Shown: positions 16,696-25,969 of the stretch, one piece after another
Layout of the letters: each line of letters opens with the position of its first letter
Numbering within the stretch: the first letter of the stretch is position 1
NCBI GenBank assembly: GCA_903861835.1
Contig: CAIOVX010000060.1
Location: 100,504-164,503, forward strand
Direction: 5' to 3'
Source of the DNA: Candidatus Firestoneibacteriota bacterium
GTDB lineage: Bacteria; Oederibacteriota; D2-FULL-39-29; CAIOVX01
Length of the DNA stretch: 64,000 nucleotides
Notes under the pieces: model-generated
What the model saw: the letters and a program-made list of their open reading frames with translations, nothing else
What the model was told of the DNA's origin: nothing
Database searches by the model: none
Translations under genes and position numbers: made by a program

Positions 16696-18063
16696 ATGAG
16701 TACAGCAAAAAGCACTCTGATGATAGGTGTTTCAGGCGTCAGAGGGGTAATCGGAGAAACTCTTACCCCCGAGGTGGTCACACGCCTCTGCATGGCCTTC
16801 GGCACATATTTGAACGGAGGGCGCGTGGTTCTCGGGCGGGATACAAGGACTTCCGGCTTGATGATAAAACACTCGGTGATTGGGGCATTGCTCTCAGCCG
16901 GCTGTGAAGTAATGGACCTGGATGTTGCCACAACGCCTACCTGCGCGCTGATGGTGGAAGAACTTAAGGCCGCCGGCGGTGTAATAATAACAGGCAGTCA
17001 TAACCCCGTCCAGTGGAACGCCCTCAAGTTCCTAAAAAGCAACGGCGTCTTCCTGAATGACGAGGAAGGCAAGCAAATGCTCAATGTCTATTACCAGAAC
17101 GCTTTCAGAACGGCTGCCTGGGACGGGCTCGGACTTGTCAACAACGACTATAACGGAATAGAATTTCATATCAAGAAAGTTCTGGATATAGTGGATGTCG
17201 AGCTGATAAGAAGCAAGCGTTTCAAGGTTGTGCTGGATTCCTGCAACGGGGCCGGGGCGGTCATTACTCCTTCCCTTCTTTCAGAGCTAGGCTGCGATGT
17301 TGAATGTATAAACTGCGAGCCGAACGGGAACTTCGCGCATAATCCCGAACCGACCATCGTCAACCTCAAGGAACTCTGCGCCAAGGTCAAATCCACAAAT
17401 TCCGACATCGGCTTTGCCCAGGATCCGGACGCTGACAGGCTGGCCCTGATAGACCACACGGGACATTACATCGGCGAAGAATACTCCGTCTGCCTGACTT
17501 CTGATTACATCCTCAGGAAGAATCCCGGAAAGACCGCGGTTGTGAACATGTCAACCACCATTGCGATGGAAGACATCTGCAGAAAGTACAAGTCTAAGCT
17601 CATAAGGACAAAGGTCGGAGAGGTTCATGTGGCCGAAGCGATGCTTAAAGAGAATGGTATTATCGGCGGCGAAGGCAACGGCGGAGTAATGTACCCCCTC
17701 GTTCATCCGGGAAGAGATTCGCTAATAGGCATAGGGCTGATTCTTCAGTATATGGCGGAATCCGGCAAGTCCATAAGGGCTCTCTCGGCGGAGATACCAA
17801 AATATTTCATAGTGAAAGATAAGATTAACCTGACCAAGAACAATGGGTTCAAAATAATGGAGAGACTCAAAGGCGAGGCGGGCAAGTTTAAACTGGAAAC
17901 CATAGACGGCATTTCTCTTTCTGCTCACGAGGTCAAGGTAAACATAAGGCCGTCCAATACGGAACCCATCATCAGGATTTTCGCGGAATCAAAATCAGAG
18001 GCAAAATCGAAGAAACTGGTGGCGGATTACAGGAAGATAGTTAAAGCGTTGATGAACATCTAA
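16696..18063 (+). CDS. glmM: Phosphoglucosamine mutase / phosphomannomutase family enzyme
   Basis: Phosphohexomutase active-site loop TGSHNP and GVSGVRG. Adjacent to yvcK. Confidence 0.75.
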   Translation: MSTAKSTLMIGVSGVRGVIGETLTPEVVTRLCMAFGTYLNGGRVVLGRDTRTSGLMIKHSVIGALLSAGCEVMDLDVATTPTCALMVEELKAAGGVIITGSHNPVQWNALKFLKSNGVFLNDEEGKQMLNVYYQNAFRTAAWDGLGLVNNDYNGIEFHIKKVLDIVDVELIRSKRFKVVLDSCNGAGAVITPSLLSELGCDVECINCEPNGNFAHNPEPTIVNLKELCAKVKSTNSDIGFAQDPDADRLALIDHTGHYIGEEYSVCLTSDYILRKNPGKTAVVNMSTTIAMEDICRKYKSKLIRTKVGEVHVAEAMLKENGIIGGEGNGGVMYPLVHPGRDSLIGIGLILQYMAESGKSIRALSAEIPKYFIVKDKINLTKNNGFKIMERLKGEAGKFKLETIDGISLSAHEVKVNIRPSNTEPIIRIFAESKSEAKSKKLVADYRKIVKALMNI

Positions 18064-18072
18064 AGCAGACTG

Positions 18073-18168
18073 ATTGCGCAGATTAGAAAAAGAGATTACG
18101 CGGATTAAAGCAGCTAAGCCGTATAATCTCTTTCCCTACAAGGTCTTTCTGATTCAACCTGCGCAATC
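18073..18168. terminator. Bidirectional terminator hairpin between convergent glmM and nagB
   Basis: Inner 13-bp stem 18091..18103 pairs with 18119..18131. T-runs on both strands. Outer 10-bp inverted repeat GATTGCGCAG/CTGCGCAATC. Confidence 0.5.
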
Positions 18169-18187
18169 TAATTCCAAAACCGTCTAA

Positions 18188-18937
18188 TCAATACTTTCCT
18201 TTCAGTTTTGAGGCCGCTTCTTTTTCAAGAACAAATACCGTGTCGGGGTGGAACTGAAGGAAGCTTGCAGGAATCAGGTGTGTTATAGGGCCTTCCACTG
18301 CAGCCGCAATAACATCTGCTTTGTTGCTGCCGCTGGCAAGCAGTATAATCTTCTTTGCCTTAAGAATAGTACCTATGCCCATGGTAACAGCGGTTTTAGG
18401 CACTTCATTCATAGACTTAAAGAATCTTGCGTTATCGGTTATCGTTCTCTGAGATATTGCCACTTTTCTGGTCCTGGTCATTATGCCTGAAAGCGGCTCG
18501 TTAAACGCGATATGCCCGTTGCTTCCTATGCCGAGCACCTGAAGGTCAATGCCTCCCCAGGCATTTATCTTCGCCTCGTATGCCGCGCAGGACTTTTCTA
18601 TGTCTTTCGCGAGCCCGTCGGGAACATTGGTATTCTTCTTATTTATATTTATATGGTTAAAAAGATTTTCGTTCATAAAATACCTGTAGCTCTGGTCATG
18701 CGTTCCCGGCAACCCCACGTATTCGTCAAGGTTAAAAGTCCTTGCCTTTTTAAAATCCAGAACGCCGTTTTTGTAAAGTTTTATAAGCTCCGCGTACATT
18801 TTTACAGGCGTGCCGCCGGTGGCAAGTCCGAGCACGGCTTTAGGATTCCTCTTTACCGCCGCCGCGACAATCTCCGCCCCTTTCTTTGACATTTCCTCAG
18901 CCGAATTGAGTATTATTATTTCCATTTTTTCCTCCAA
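18188..18937 (-). CDS. nagB: Glucosamine-6-phosphate deaminase
   Basis: NagB/6-phosphogluconolactonase fold motifs: LGLATGGTP, and DEY at the active site. Confidence 0.85.
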   Translation of the reverse strand: MEEKMEIIILNSAEEMSKKGAEIVAAAVKRNPKAVLGLATGGTPVKMYAELIKLYKNGVLDFKKARTFNLDEYVGLPGTHDQSYRYFMNENLFNHININKKNTNVPDGLAKDIEKSCAAYEAKINAWGGIDLQVLGIGSNGHIAFNEPLSGIMTRTRKVAISQRTITDNARFFKSMNEVPKTAVTMGIGTILKAKKIILLASGSNKADVIAAAVEGPITHLIPASFLQFHPDTVFVLEKEAASKLKGKY

Positions 18938-18951
18938 AAAGTATTTTCATC

Positions 18952-20130
18952 CTATTTAATTTTGCAGCCGTTCCCCTTGTATAGGGGGGAGAGCTTTCTG
19001 AGCCGGTCAACTATTTCCGTGAACCTATCCACGACAAAATCCAACTCCTCTTTGGAAGTGGACTTCCCGAGAGAGAACCTGATGGAACCGTGTGCCTGTT
19101 CCGGGGGAATGCCTATGGCGGACAGCACGTGCGACGGTTCAAGGGAACCCGATGTGCAAGCGGAGCCCGTCGAAGCGCAGATGCCGTCCATATCCAGGTT
19201 CAAAAGCATGGATTCGCCTTCTATGTATTTTACCGCGATATTAATGTTTCCCGGCAGCCTCTTTACCGCATGACCGTTCAATTTGATTTCCGCTATCTTC
19301 TTCGTTAGTTTCGCTATCATGCTGTCCCGAAGAGCCGAAAGCCGCTTGCTTTCCGCCGGCAACGCAGCAACTGCCAGCTCAACCGCTTTTCCGAAACCTA
19401 TTATCCCGGCGGTATTTTCTGTTCCTGCCCTTCTTCTTCTTTCCTGCTCGCCGCCGTGCATCAACTTTGAACACTTCACGCCTTTCCTGATGTAAAGAGC
19501 GCCGACGCCTTTGGGGCCGTAGAGTTTATGGGCGGAAACAGATAGTAAATCTATGTTCAGCGCTTCCACATCTATCGGCAGGCTGCCGAGCGCCTGCACC
19601 GCGTCGGTGTGAAATATTACGCCGTTCTCGCGGCATATGGCGCCAATCTCTTTAACGGGTTGCACTGTCCCTATTTCATTATTTGCAAACATTACAGAAA
19701 CAAGAACCGTTTCTTTTGTCAGGGCCCTCTTCACTTCAGCCGGATCAACGAGCCCGTCGCGGTCAACGGGCAGGCAGGTAACCTTGCAGCCTTCCTTTTC
19801 AAGGAAATGACAGGTCTCAAGAACGGCGTGGTGTTCTATTTTGGAAGTTATTATATGCGCGGCCTTTTTGCTTGAAGCTCTTACAACCCCTATGATGGCG
19901 TTATTGTCCGATTCCGTTCCGCCGCTGGTGAAAACTATCTCTGAAACATCGGCGTTTATAGCTTTGGCGAACTTCTCCCTGGCAATTTCAATGCCTTCTT
20001 TCGCTTCCCGCCCAAAATAGTAAATGGTCGAAGGGTTGCCGAACTTCTCCGTAAAGTAAGGCGTCATAGCCGCCAAAACCTCCGGATGCACAGGGGTAGT
20101 GGCTGCGTGGTCTAGATAAATGCGTTTCAT
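18952..20130 (-). CDS. iscS: Cysteine desulfurase, class V aminotransferase
   Basis: SAHKLYGPKGVG PLP-lysine motif. NifS/IscS-like along the whole length. Confidence 0.85.
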   Translation of the reverse strand: MKRIYLDHAATTPVHPEVLAAMTPYFTEKFGNPSTIYYFGREAKEGIEIAREKFAKAINADVSEIVFTSGGTESDNNAIIGVVRASSKKAAHIITSKIEHHAVLETCHFLEKEGCKVTCLPVDRDGLVDPAEVKRALTKETVLVSVMFANNEIGTVQPVKEIGAICRENGVIFHTDAVQALGSLPIDVEALNIDLLSVSAHKLYGPKGVGALYIRKGVKCSKLMHGGEQERRRRAGTENTAGIIGFGKAVELAVAALPAESKRLSALRDSMIAKLTKKIAEIKLNGHAVKRLPGNINIAVKYIEGESMLLNLDMDGICASTGSACTSGSLEPSHVLSAIGIPPEQAHGSIRFSLGKSTSKEELDFVVDRFTEIVDRLRKLSPLYKGNGCKIK

Positions 20131-20154
20131 AGGGCTCCTTCATAAAATGCTTAG

Positions 20155-20350
20155 AAAGTTTGTAACGTTTATAAGGTTTATAACGTTCTTAACGTAAAAC
20201 TGATAAACACAAAATTCTAAACTCTAAGAAATTACCTGCTTCTTTACTTTTTGCTTAGGATTTATCGCTTTGTGATTACACTCTGGTCTTGTTTTCTTCT
20301 CTCTGGCTTTACGTTACAAACGTTAAGAACGTTACGAACGTTATAAACCG
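20155..20350. repeat. Composite about 196 bp element with about 40 bp terminal inverted repeats built from AACGTT / GTTTATAAMGT units (family C), enclosing family B heptamers
   Basis: 20155..20200 is the reverse complement of 20307..20350 with mismatches. TTCTAAACTCTAAG lies at 20215..20228. The element abuts the recN stop and ends 25 nt before the iscS ATG. Confidence 0.5.
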
Positions 20351-22045
20351 TCATTTAAGTAATTCCCTCGCATGCCTTATCGCTATTTCCTTATTCGAAT
20401 CCCCGAGCATTCTTGCCACTTCTTTGACCCTCTCTTCACCCGCGAGTTTATCCATAAATACCTGAGTCTTGCCTTTAAGCGCTTCTTTCCGGACATTCAA
20501 ATGCGTAGAAGCCTTCGCCGCAATCTGCGGCAGGTGGGTAATGCAGATTACCTGGTGGCTCGCCGCAACGCTTTCAATTTTCTCCCCTATGACGGAGCCC
20601 ATATTCCCGCCAAGCCCCGTGTCTATCTCGTCAAATATCAGGGTCGCAACCTTATCGCTCTCGCCAAGTATTACCTTAAGCGCGAGCATTATCCTTGAAA
20701 GTTCCCCGCCTGACGCTATCTTGTCAAGCGGTTTGAGCTCTTCCCCGAGGTTCGGAGAGATAAGGAAACGCACGAGGTCAACGCCTTCTTTAGTGAGCAT
20801 ATACTTTTTCCCGTCAAGCTCAATATGACCGGTATCACTTTCGGCGCGCGTAATGTCCGCCTTGAATTTTACCTTTGCCATCCCCAGGTCCTGCAGTTCC
20901 TTCACGACCTTTTTCTCAAACTCTTTCGCGGCTGCCGCCCTTTTCCCGGACAGCGCAACCGCCATTCTTCCCGTTTCTTTCCTTACCCCTTCAAGTTCCT
21001 TATTGAGGGCTTCTATGGCTTCCTCGTTCTTGGTTATATTCCTCAATTCGCCCTTTATTTTGGAGAGGAACTCGAGGACTTCTGCGAGGCTTCCGCCATA
21101 CTTCTTCTTGAGTTTCAGCAGCAAATCCCTTCTGTCTTCAAGGGTTTCCAGCTCTTTAGGATCAAAATCAAGCTTTTCCTTCAAATCTGAGACCGAATCC
21201 GAGGCGTCCTTGACCTTCGCCGCGGCATCGGTCAGTTCTTCCAGCGCGGTTTTTAATCCGCTGTCCAAGCCGGAAAGATACAGCACCCTCTTTATCGCTT
21301 CTTCAATTCCCGCAAGCGCCCCCGAAGTATTTTCATCGCCGTGAAGAAGCCCGTGCGCCTCATTAACTGAAACCGCGGCTTTCTCGGAGTTTATCATCAT
21401 ATTCCTGCGGTTCTCTATCTCTTCATCTTCTCCGGCAACAAGCCCGGCTTCTTCTATCTCTTTAACCTGAAAACCCAGCATATCTGTCTTTCTCTGCTTC
21501 TCTGATTCACTCATTATCAAAGAATCGCGCTCCGCGGCCAGCGCGGAGAGCTTAGCAAAACGCTCCGCGAATGCCGTTTTCTCCTTGCCTGCCTTTGCGA
21601 ATGCGTCAAGCAGGTCGAGCTGGTTTTCAGGATTCAGGAGCGTCTGGTGCTCGTGCTGACCGTGAACATCCGCAAGGAACTCGCCGATGGCCTTAAGCGC
21701 CGAAAGCGTAACTAAGCTGCTGTTTACATAGCATTTGTTTTTTCCGGACCTTGAAATCTCCCTCTTTATAATGAGAGAATCTCCGGCATCAACACCGGCT
21801 GCATTGAGTTTTTCAACGGTTTCTTTTCCGATACCTTCGAAAAGTCCTTGAACGATCGCGTTTTCCTGACCTGTACGAATGAGTTCAGAATCTGCCCTCT
21901 CTCCGAGAACGCAATTGACGGCGTCTATTATTATGGACTTCCCGGCGCCTGTCTCTCCCGTCATAACATTGAACCCATCCTCAAAATTGACGGTCATGTC
22001 ATCGATCAGCGCGAAGTTCTTTATGTGAAGTTCCTTAAGCGGCAT
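20351..22045 (-). CDS. recN: DNA repair protein RecN
   Basis: N-terminal Walker A GETGAGKS, long coiled-coil, C-terminal signature. Confidence 0.9.
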   Translation of the reverse strand: MPLKELHIKNFALIDDMTVNFEDGFNVMTGETGAGKSIIIDAVNCVLGERADSELIRTGQENAIVQGLFEGIGKETVEKLNAAGVDAGDSLIIKREISRSGKNKCYVNSSLVTLSALKAIGEFLADVHGQHEHQTLLNPENQLDLLDAFAKAGKEKTAFAERFAKLSALAAERDSLIMSESEKQRKTDMLGFQVKEIEEAGLVAGEDEEIENRRNMMINSEKAAVSVNEAHGLLHGDENTSGALAGIEEAIKRVLYLSGLDSGLKTALEELTDAAAKVKDASDSVSDLKEKLDFDPKELETLEDRRDLLLKLKKKYGGSLAEVLEFLSKIKGELRNITKNEEAIEALNKELEGVRKETGRMAVALSGKRAAAAKEFEKKVVKELQDLGMAKVKFKADITRAESDTGHIELDGKKYMLTKEGVDLVRFLISPNLGEELKPLDKIASGGELSRIMLALKVILGESDKVATLIFDEIDTGLGGNMGSVIGEKIESVAASHQVICITHLPQIAAKASTHLNVRKEALKGKTQVFMDKLAGEERVKEVARMLGDSNKEIAIRHARELLK

Positions 22046-22060
22046 AGACCTTTTGTTCCC

Positions 22061-22888
22061 TCAGCCCCATCTTAATTTTTCACGCAAGATTCTGAAATAA
22101 CTGTTCCTTGAAGGTATTATCATATTTACCGCGCCTTTTGCTTTCTTTATTGTCAGGAGCGCATTCTTTTTTAGTTCGTATCTTTCCTGCCCGTCTGTCG
22201 CAATTACTGTCGTTCCGCCGCGCAGCTCCAGCTTCAACTCAATGAGGCTTTCTTCCGGCACCAGCAGCGGCCTGTTCGTAAGCGAGTGGGGGCAAATCGG
22301 CGTTATAATTATGCCCTTCACATTGGGCGCTACTATCGGGCCTCCGGCCGAGAGAGAATAAGCAGTAGAGCCGGTGGGCGTCGAAATAATTATGCCGTCG
22401 GCGCTGTAAGTGTTGACGAACTCACCGTCCACGCTAACGGAAAGGCTTATTACCCTGCCTGTCGTCCCGGCGATTACAAACTCGTTCAAAGCGGTAAGCC
22501 TTTTCCCCGGACCGAGGCAAGCCTCAAGCGCCATCCGCTCGTCTATATGATAATCTCCGTCCAAAACCTTCTCGACTGCTTTCTTCATTTCAGGAAGTTT
22601 AATCTCGGAAAGAAACCCAAGGGAGCCGAGGTTGATGCCTAGCATAGGAGCGGATGACGGGAAGATAGAGCGCGCCAGCTTAAGAAAAGTGCCGTCGCCT
22701 CCCAGGGCTATAAATAGTTGGGCTTCACATTTTAGCGGGTTAGAGGGTTTCTTCCCCGAGATCAAACCGGCTCCGGGCCCAAAGAAGGCCTCAACACCTT
22801 TCTTCTTCAGGAGTTTCGAAAGAGCCGCAAGCGTCTCTTTTACCTGTTTTTTTCCTGGATTCGCCTCTATGAATACCTTCTTTATCAT
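22061..22888 (-). CDS. nadK: NAD+ kinase
   Basis: GGDGT motif and the NAD-kinase fold. Confidence 0.85.
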   Translation of the reverse strand: MIKKVFIEANPGKKQVKETLAALSKLLKKKGVEAFFGPGAGLISGKKPSNPLKCEAQLFIALGGDGTFLKLARSIFPSSAPMLGINLGSLGFLSEIKLPEMKKAVEKVLDGDYHIDERMALEACLGPGKRLTALNEFVIAGTTGRVISLSVSVDGEFVNTYSADGIIISTPTGSTAYSLSAGGPIVAPNVKGIIITPICPHSLTNRPLLVPEESLIELKLELRGGTTVIATDGQERYELKKNALLTIKKAKGAVNMIIPSRNSYFRILREKLRWG

Positions 22889-24747
22889 CTTCCGAGCGCT
22901 TCCTCAACACCTGCCGCAATACCCTCACCGTTAAGTCCATACTTCTTAAGGAGCAGGCTTCTATGCCCGTGTTCTATGAATTTGTCGGGAAGCCCGAGCA
23001 GTTTCACGTTTGCTTGTACCGCATTTTCATTGAAATATTCAAGAACAGCGCTGCCGAAACCTCCGGCGAGCATATTCTCTTCAACTATAACAAGTGCTTT
23101 ATAACGTTTCGCAGCGCTCTTAAGGGTTGCTTTATCAAAAGGCTTGACGAAACGCGCATTAATGACACCGACTTTTATGCCTTTCGCTTTCAGTATTTCG
23201 GCCGCCTTCAGCGCCTCGCGCAGCTTGGAACCCAGGGAGATTATGCAGGCATCCGAACCCGTTCTTACCGTAGCCGCTTTCCCAACGGCCACCTTGGCCT
23301 TTCCGCCTATTTTGTCAGTTACGATTTCACCCCTCGGGTAGCGTATGGCTACTCCGCCTTCAAGCTCTGCCGCGAGAGCCAGCATTTCCCTAAACTCCGG
23401 CTCATCCGCAGGAGCCATCAAGGTCATATTCGGTATATGGCGCAGGTAGGAGACATCAAAAACACCCTGATGTGTCTCACCATCGTCTCCCACAATGCCC
23501 GCGCGGTCTATGGCAAAGATAACATGCAGGTTCTGGGTCGCCACATCGTGGAGCACCTGGTCGTAGGCCCTCTGCAGAAACGATGAATACATCGCCACCA
23601 CTGGCAGATAGCCGTCAACGGCAAGTCCGGCCGCGAAAGTCACAGCGTGCTCTTCGGCAATACCCACATCAAAGAATCTTTCAGGATATTTATCCTTGAA
23701 AGCTTCAAGACCTGTTCCTGAAGACATCGCCGCCGTAATGGCGACAATTTTCTTGTTTGTTTTGGCCAGCTCTACCAGGCACTCGCCGAAAACCCCGGTA
23801 TAGGTCCTTTTCGCTCCGGTATTTGCCTCGCCGCTCTCTATCTCAAACGCAGGCGTCCCGTGAAAGGAAGTTGGATCATTTTCCGCGGGTCTATAACCCT
23901 TGCCCTTAGTGGTAACCACATGGAGCAGGACCGGTTCTTTAAATCTCTTTATGCTTCTGAGCGTGTCTACCAGAATCTTTATATTGTGCCCGTCTATAGG
24001 CCCGAAATATCTAAAACCGAGTTCTTCAAAGAGCATCCCGCTGGAGATTACGCCCTTGATGCTCTCCTCAATTACGCGTCCTACGCGCACGAGAGGAACC
24101 CCAAGGAACTTTGACTTTTTAATAATCCGTTTTATATTTTCTTTTACTTTAAGATAGCGGTCATCGGTGCCGATCTTATCAAGATAATTCGCAAGAGCCC
24201 CCACATTGGCCGAGATAGACATTTCATTGTCATTAAGAATGACTATCAGATCTTTTTGAAGGTGCCCTGCGTTGTTAATCGCCTCAAAAGACATTCCGTT
24301 TGATAGGCTGGCGTCACCTGTGACCGCGATGACCTTGTAGTTCTTCCTGTCGAGGTCCCTCGCGCAGGCCATTCCGAGCGCCGCAGAAATAGAGGTACCT
24401 GAATGCCCGGTGTCAAAGGTGTCATACTCGCTCTCACACCTTTTCGGAAAACCGCTCAACCCGCCGTACTGCCTAATGGTATGGAATTTGTCAGCCCGGC
24501 AGGTAAGCATTTTATGAACATAGGCCTGGTGCCCGACATCCCAGACTATTTTATCTTCCGGAGTATTAAACACATAATGCAGCGCTACGGTGAGTTCCGT
24601 AACCCCGAGATTAGAGGCTAGGTGCCCCCCGGTCTTTGAAACAACCTCAACCAGCCTCTCTCGCAGTTCCGCCGAGAGGCCTACCAGCTCTTCCTGCTTC
24701 AGCTTTCTGAGATCAGAAGGAGATTTTATGTGATCCATCATAGTCAT
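22885..24747 (-). CDS. dxs: 1-deoxy-D-xylulose-5-phosphate synthase
   Basis: 620 aa. TPP-binding GDG...N motif. Transketolase-like. Confidence 0.9.
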   Translation of the reverse strand: MTMMDHIKSPSDLRKLKQEELVGLSAELRERLVEVVSKTGGHLASNLGVTELTVALHYVFNTPEDKIVWDVGHQAYVHKMLTCRADKFHTIRQYGGLSGFPKRCESEYDTFDTGHSGTSISAALGMACARDLDRKNYKVIAVTGDASLSNGMSFEAINNAGHLQKDLIVILNDNEMSISANVGALANYLDKIGTDDRYLKVKENIKRIIKKSKFLGVPLVRVGRVIEESIKGVISSGMLFEELGFRYFGPIDGHNIKILVDTLRSIKRFKEPVLLHVVTTKGKGYRPAENDPTSFHGTPAFEIESGEANTGAKRTYTGVFGECLVELAKTNKKIVAITAAMSSGTGLEAFKDKYPERFFDVGIAEEHAVTFAAGLAVDGYLPVVAMYSSFLQRAYDQVLHDVATQNLHVIFAIDRAGIVGDDGETHQGVFDVSYLRHIPNMTLMAPADEPEFREMLALAAELEGGVAIRYPRGEIVTDKIGGKAKVAVGKAATVRTGSDACIISLGSKLREALKAAEILKAKGIKVGVINARFVKPFDKATLKSAAKRYKALVIVEENMLAGGFGSAVLEYFNENAVQANVKLLGLPDKFIEHGHRSLLLKKYGLNGEGIAAGVEEALGR

Positions 24748-25638
24748 TTAGGATTCCCTCTCTATCACGTAATCTGCAAGCGCGTTGAGTAACGCGGCCT
24801 TACGGCCAAAATGCCCGGCTGCTTTTCCTGCTCGCTCCCTAAGTTCTCTTACTTTCCGTCGGCTCTCTTCGATGCCGTAAAGCGCCGGGTAGGTGACCTT
24901 CTTCCTTGCAGCGTCGCTGCCCACGCTCTTTCCCAACTTCTTCTCGACGCCCGTTACATTCAGTATATCATCCACTATCTGGAATATCAGCCCGAGATTC
25001 TCGCCGTAGATTCTGAGCGCCTTTTTCTCTTTTGCGCCGGCGGCGCAAAGTTCCGCCGCAGCCATTATGGGGGCAAGAATCAGCGCGCCTGTTTTGTGCG
25101 TGTGTATATATTGAAGAACCGGCAGGGAAGGCTCTTTCTTCTCGGAGATCATATCAACAACCTGCCCGCCCACCATGCCTCCTGTGCCTGAAGCGGCGGC
25201 AATCAGGCGCAGCGCTTCTATTACGCCGGCGGGCTTTACTCCTTTTGCAGCAGCGTTCCTTGTGATAAGTTCAAAAGCGAAGGTCAGCAGAGCGTCCCCG
25301 GTTAACACCGCCACAGCCTCTCCGAAGACTTTATGATTTGTAGGTTTTCCTCGCCTAAAATCGTCATCATCCATACAAGGAAGGTCGTCGTGTATGAGGG
25401 AATAGGTATGAATAAGTTCAAGTGAGCAAGCGGCCGGCAGCACCCTTTCTGCTTTATAACCAAGCGTTTCAGCGGTCATTATCGCAAGAATTGGCCTCAC
25501 TCTTTTCCCGCCGGCAAAAACCGAATAGCGCATCGCCTCGTGAATAACCCGCGGATAGGCCTTGCCTCCCGGCAGGTATTTGTGCAACGCCGCGTCAACA
25601 ATTTTACAACGCGATTCCAAATATGCCTTAATATCCAT
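24748..25638 (-). CDS. ispA: Farnesyl/geranyl diphosphate synthase
   Basis: Two DDxxD motifs. Classic xseB-ispA-dxs context. Confidence 0.85.
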   Translation of the reverse strand: MDIKAYLESRCKIVDAALHKYLPGGKAYPRVIHEAMRYSVFAGGKRVRPILAIMTAETLGYKAERVLPAACSLELIHTYSLIHDDLPCMDDDDFRRGKPTNHKVFGEAVAVLTGDALLTFAFELITRNAAAKGVKPAGVIEALRLIAAASGTGGMVGGQVVDMISEKKEPSLPVLQYIHTHKTGALILAPIMAAAELCAAGAKEKKALRIYGENLGLIFQIVDDILNVTGVEKKLGKSVGSDAARKKVTYPALYGIEESRRKVRELRERAGKAAGHFGRKAALLNALADYVIERES

Positions 25639-25664
25639 GGACCCTCTTTTACAGCGCTTTCGGT

Positions 25665-25904
25665 CTACTTGCTGTCAGGCTTGTTGAATTCTTTTGTTCC
25701 GGTTGCCTTGCCGTTCTTGTCTTTCGTTAAGACCTCTATCTTTTTCTCCGCCTCTTCAAGCTTGACAGTGCATAACCTCAGGAGTTTAACGCCTTCTTCG
25801 TAGCGTTTAAGGGATTCGTCCAGTCCGACATCCCCGCTCTCCAGCGTTTCCACAATCTTCTCAAGCTTCTTCAAAGCGTCTTCAAACTTGATTTCTTCCG
25901 GCAT
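25665..25904 (-). CDS. xseB: Exodeoxyribonuclease VII small subunit
   Basis: 79 aa coiled-coil protein, XseB-like. Sits between xseA and ispA. Confidence 0.85.
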   Translation of the reverse strand: MPEEIKFEDALKKLEKIVETLESGDVGLDESLKRYEEGVKLLRLCTVKLEEAEKKIEVLTKDKNGKATGTKEFNKPDSK

Positions 25905-25969
25905 AAAGCCTCCTGTAAGACAAAATCAAAACCTTAAATACCAAGCGACAAGTTTGCCTATTTCTTAGG

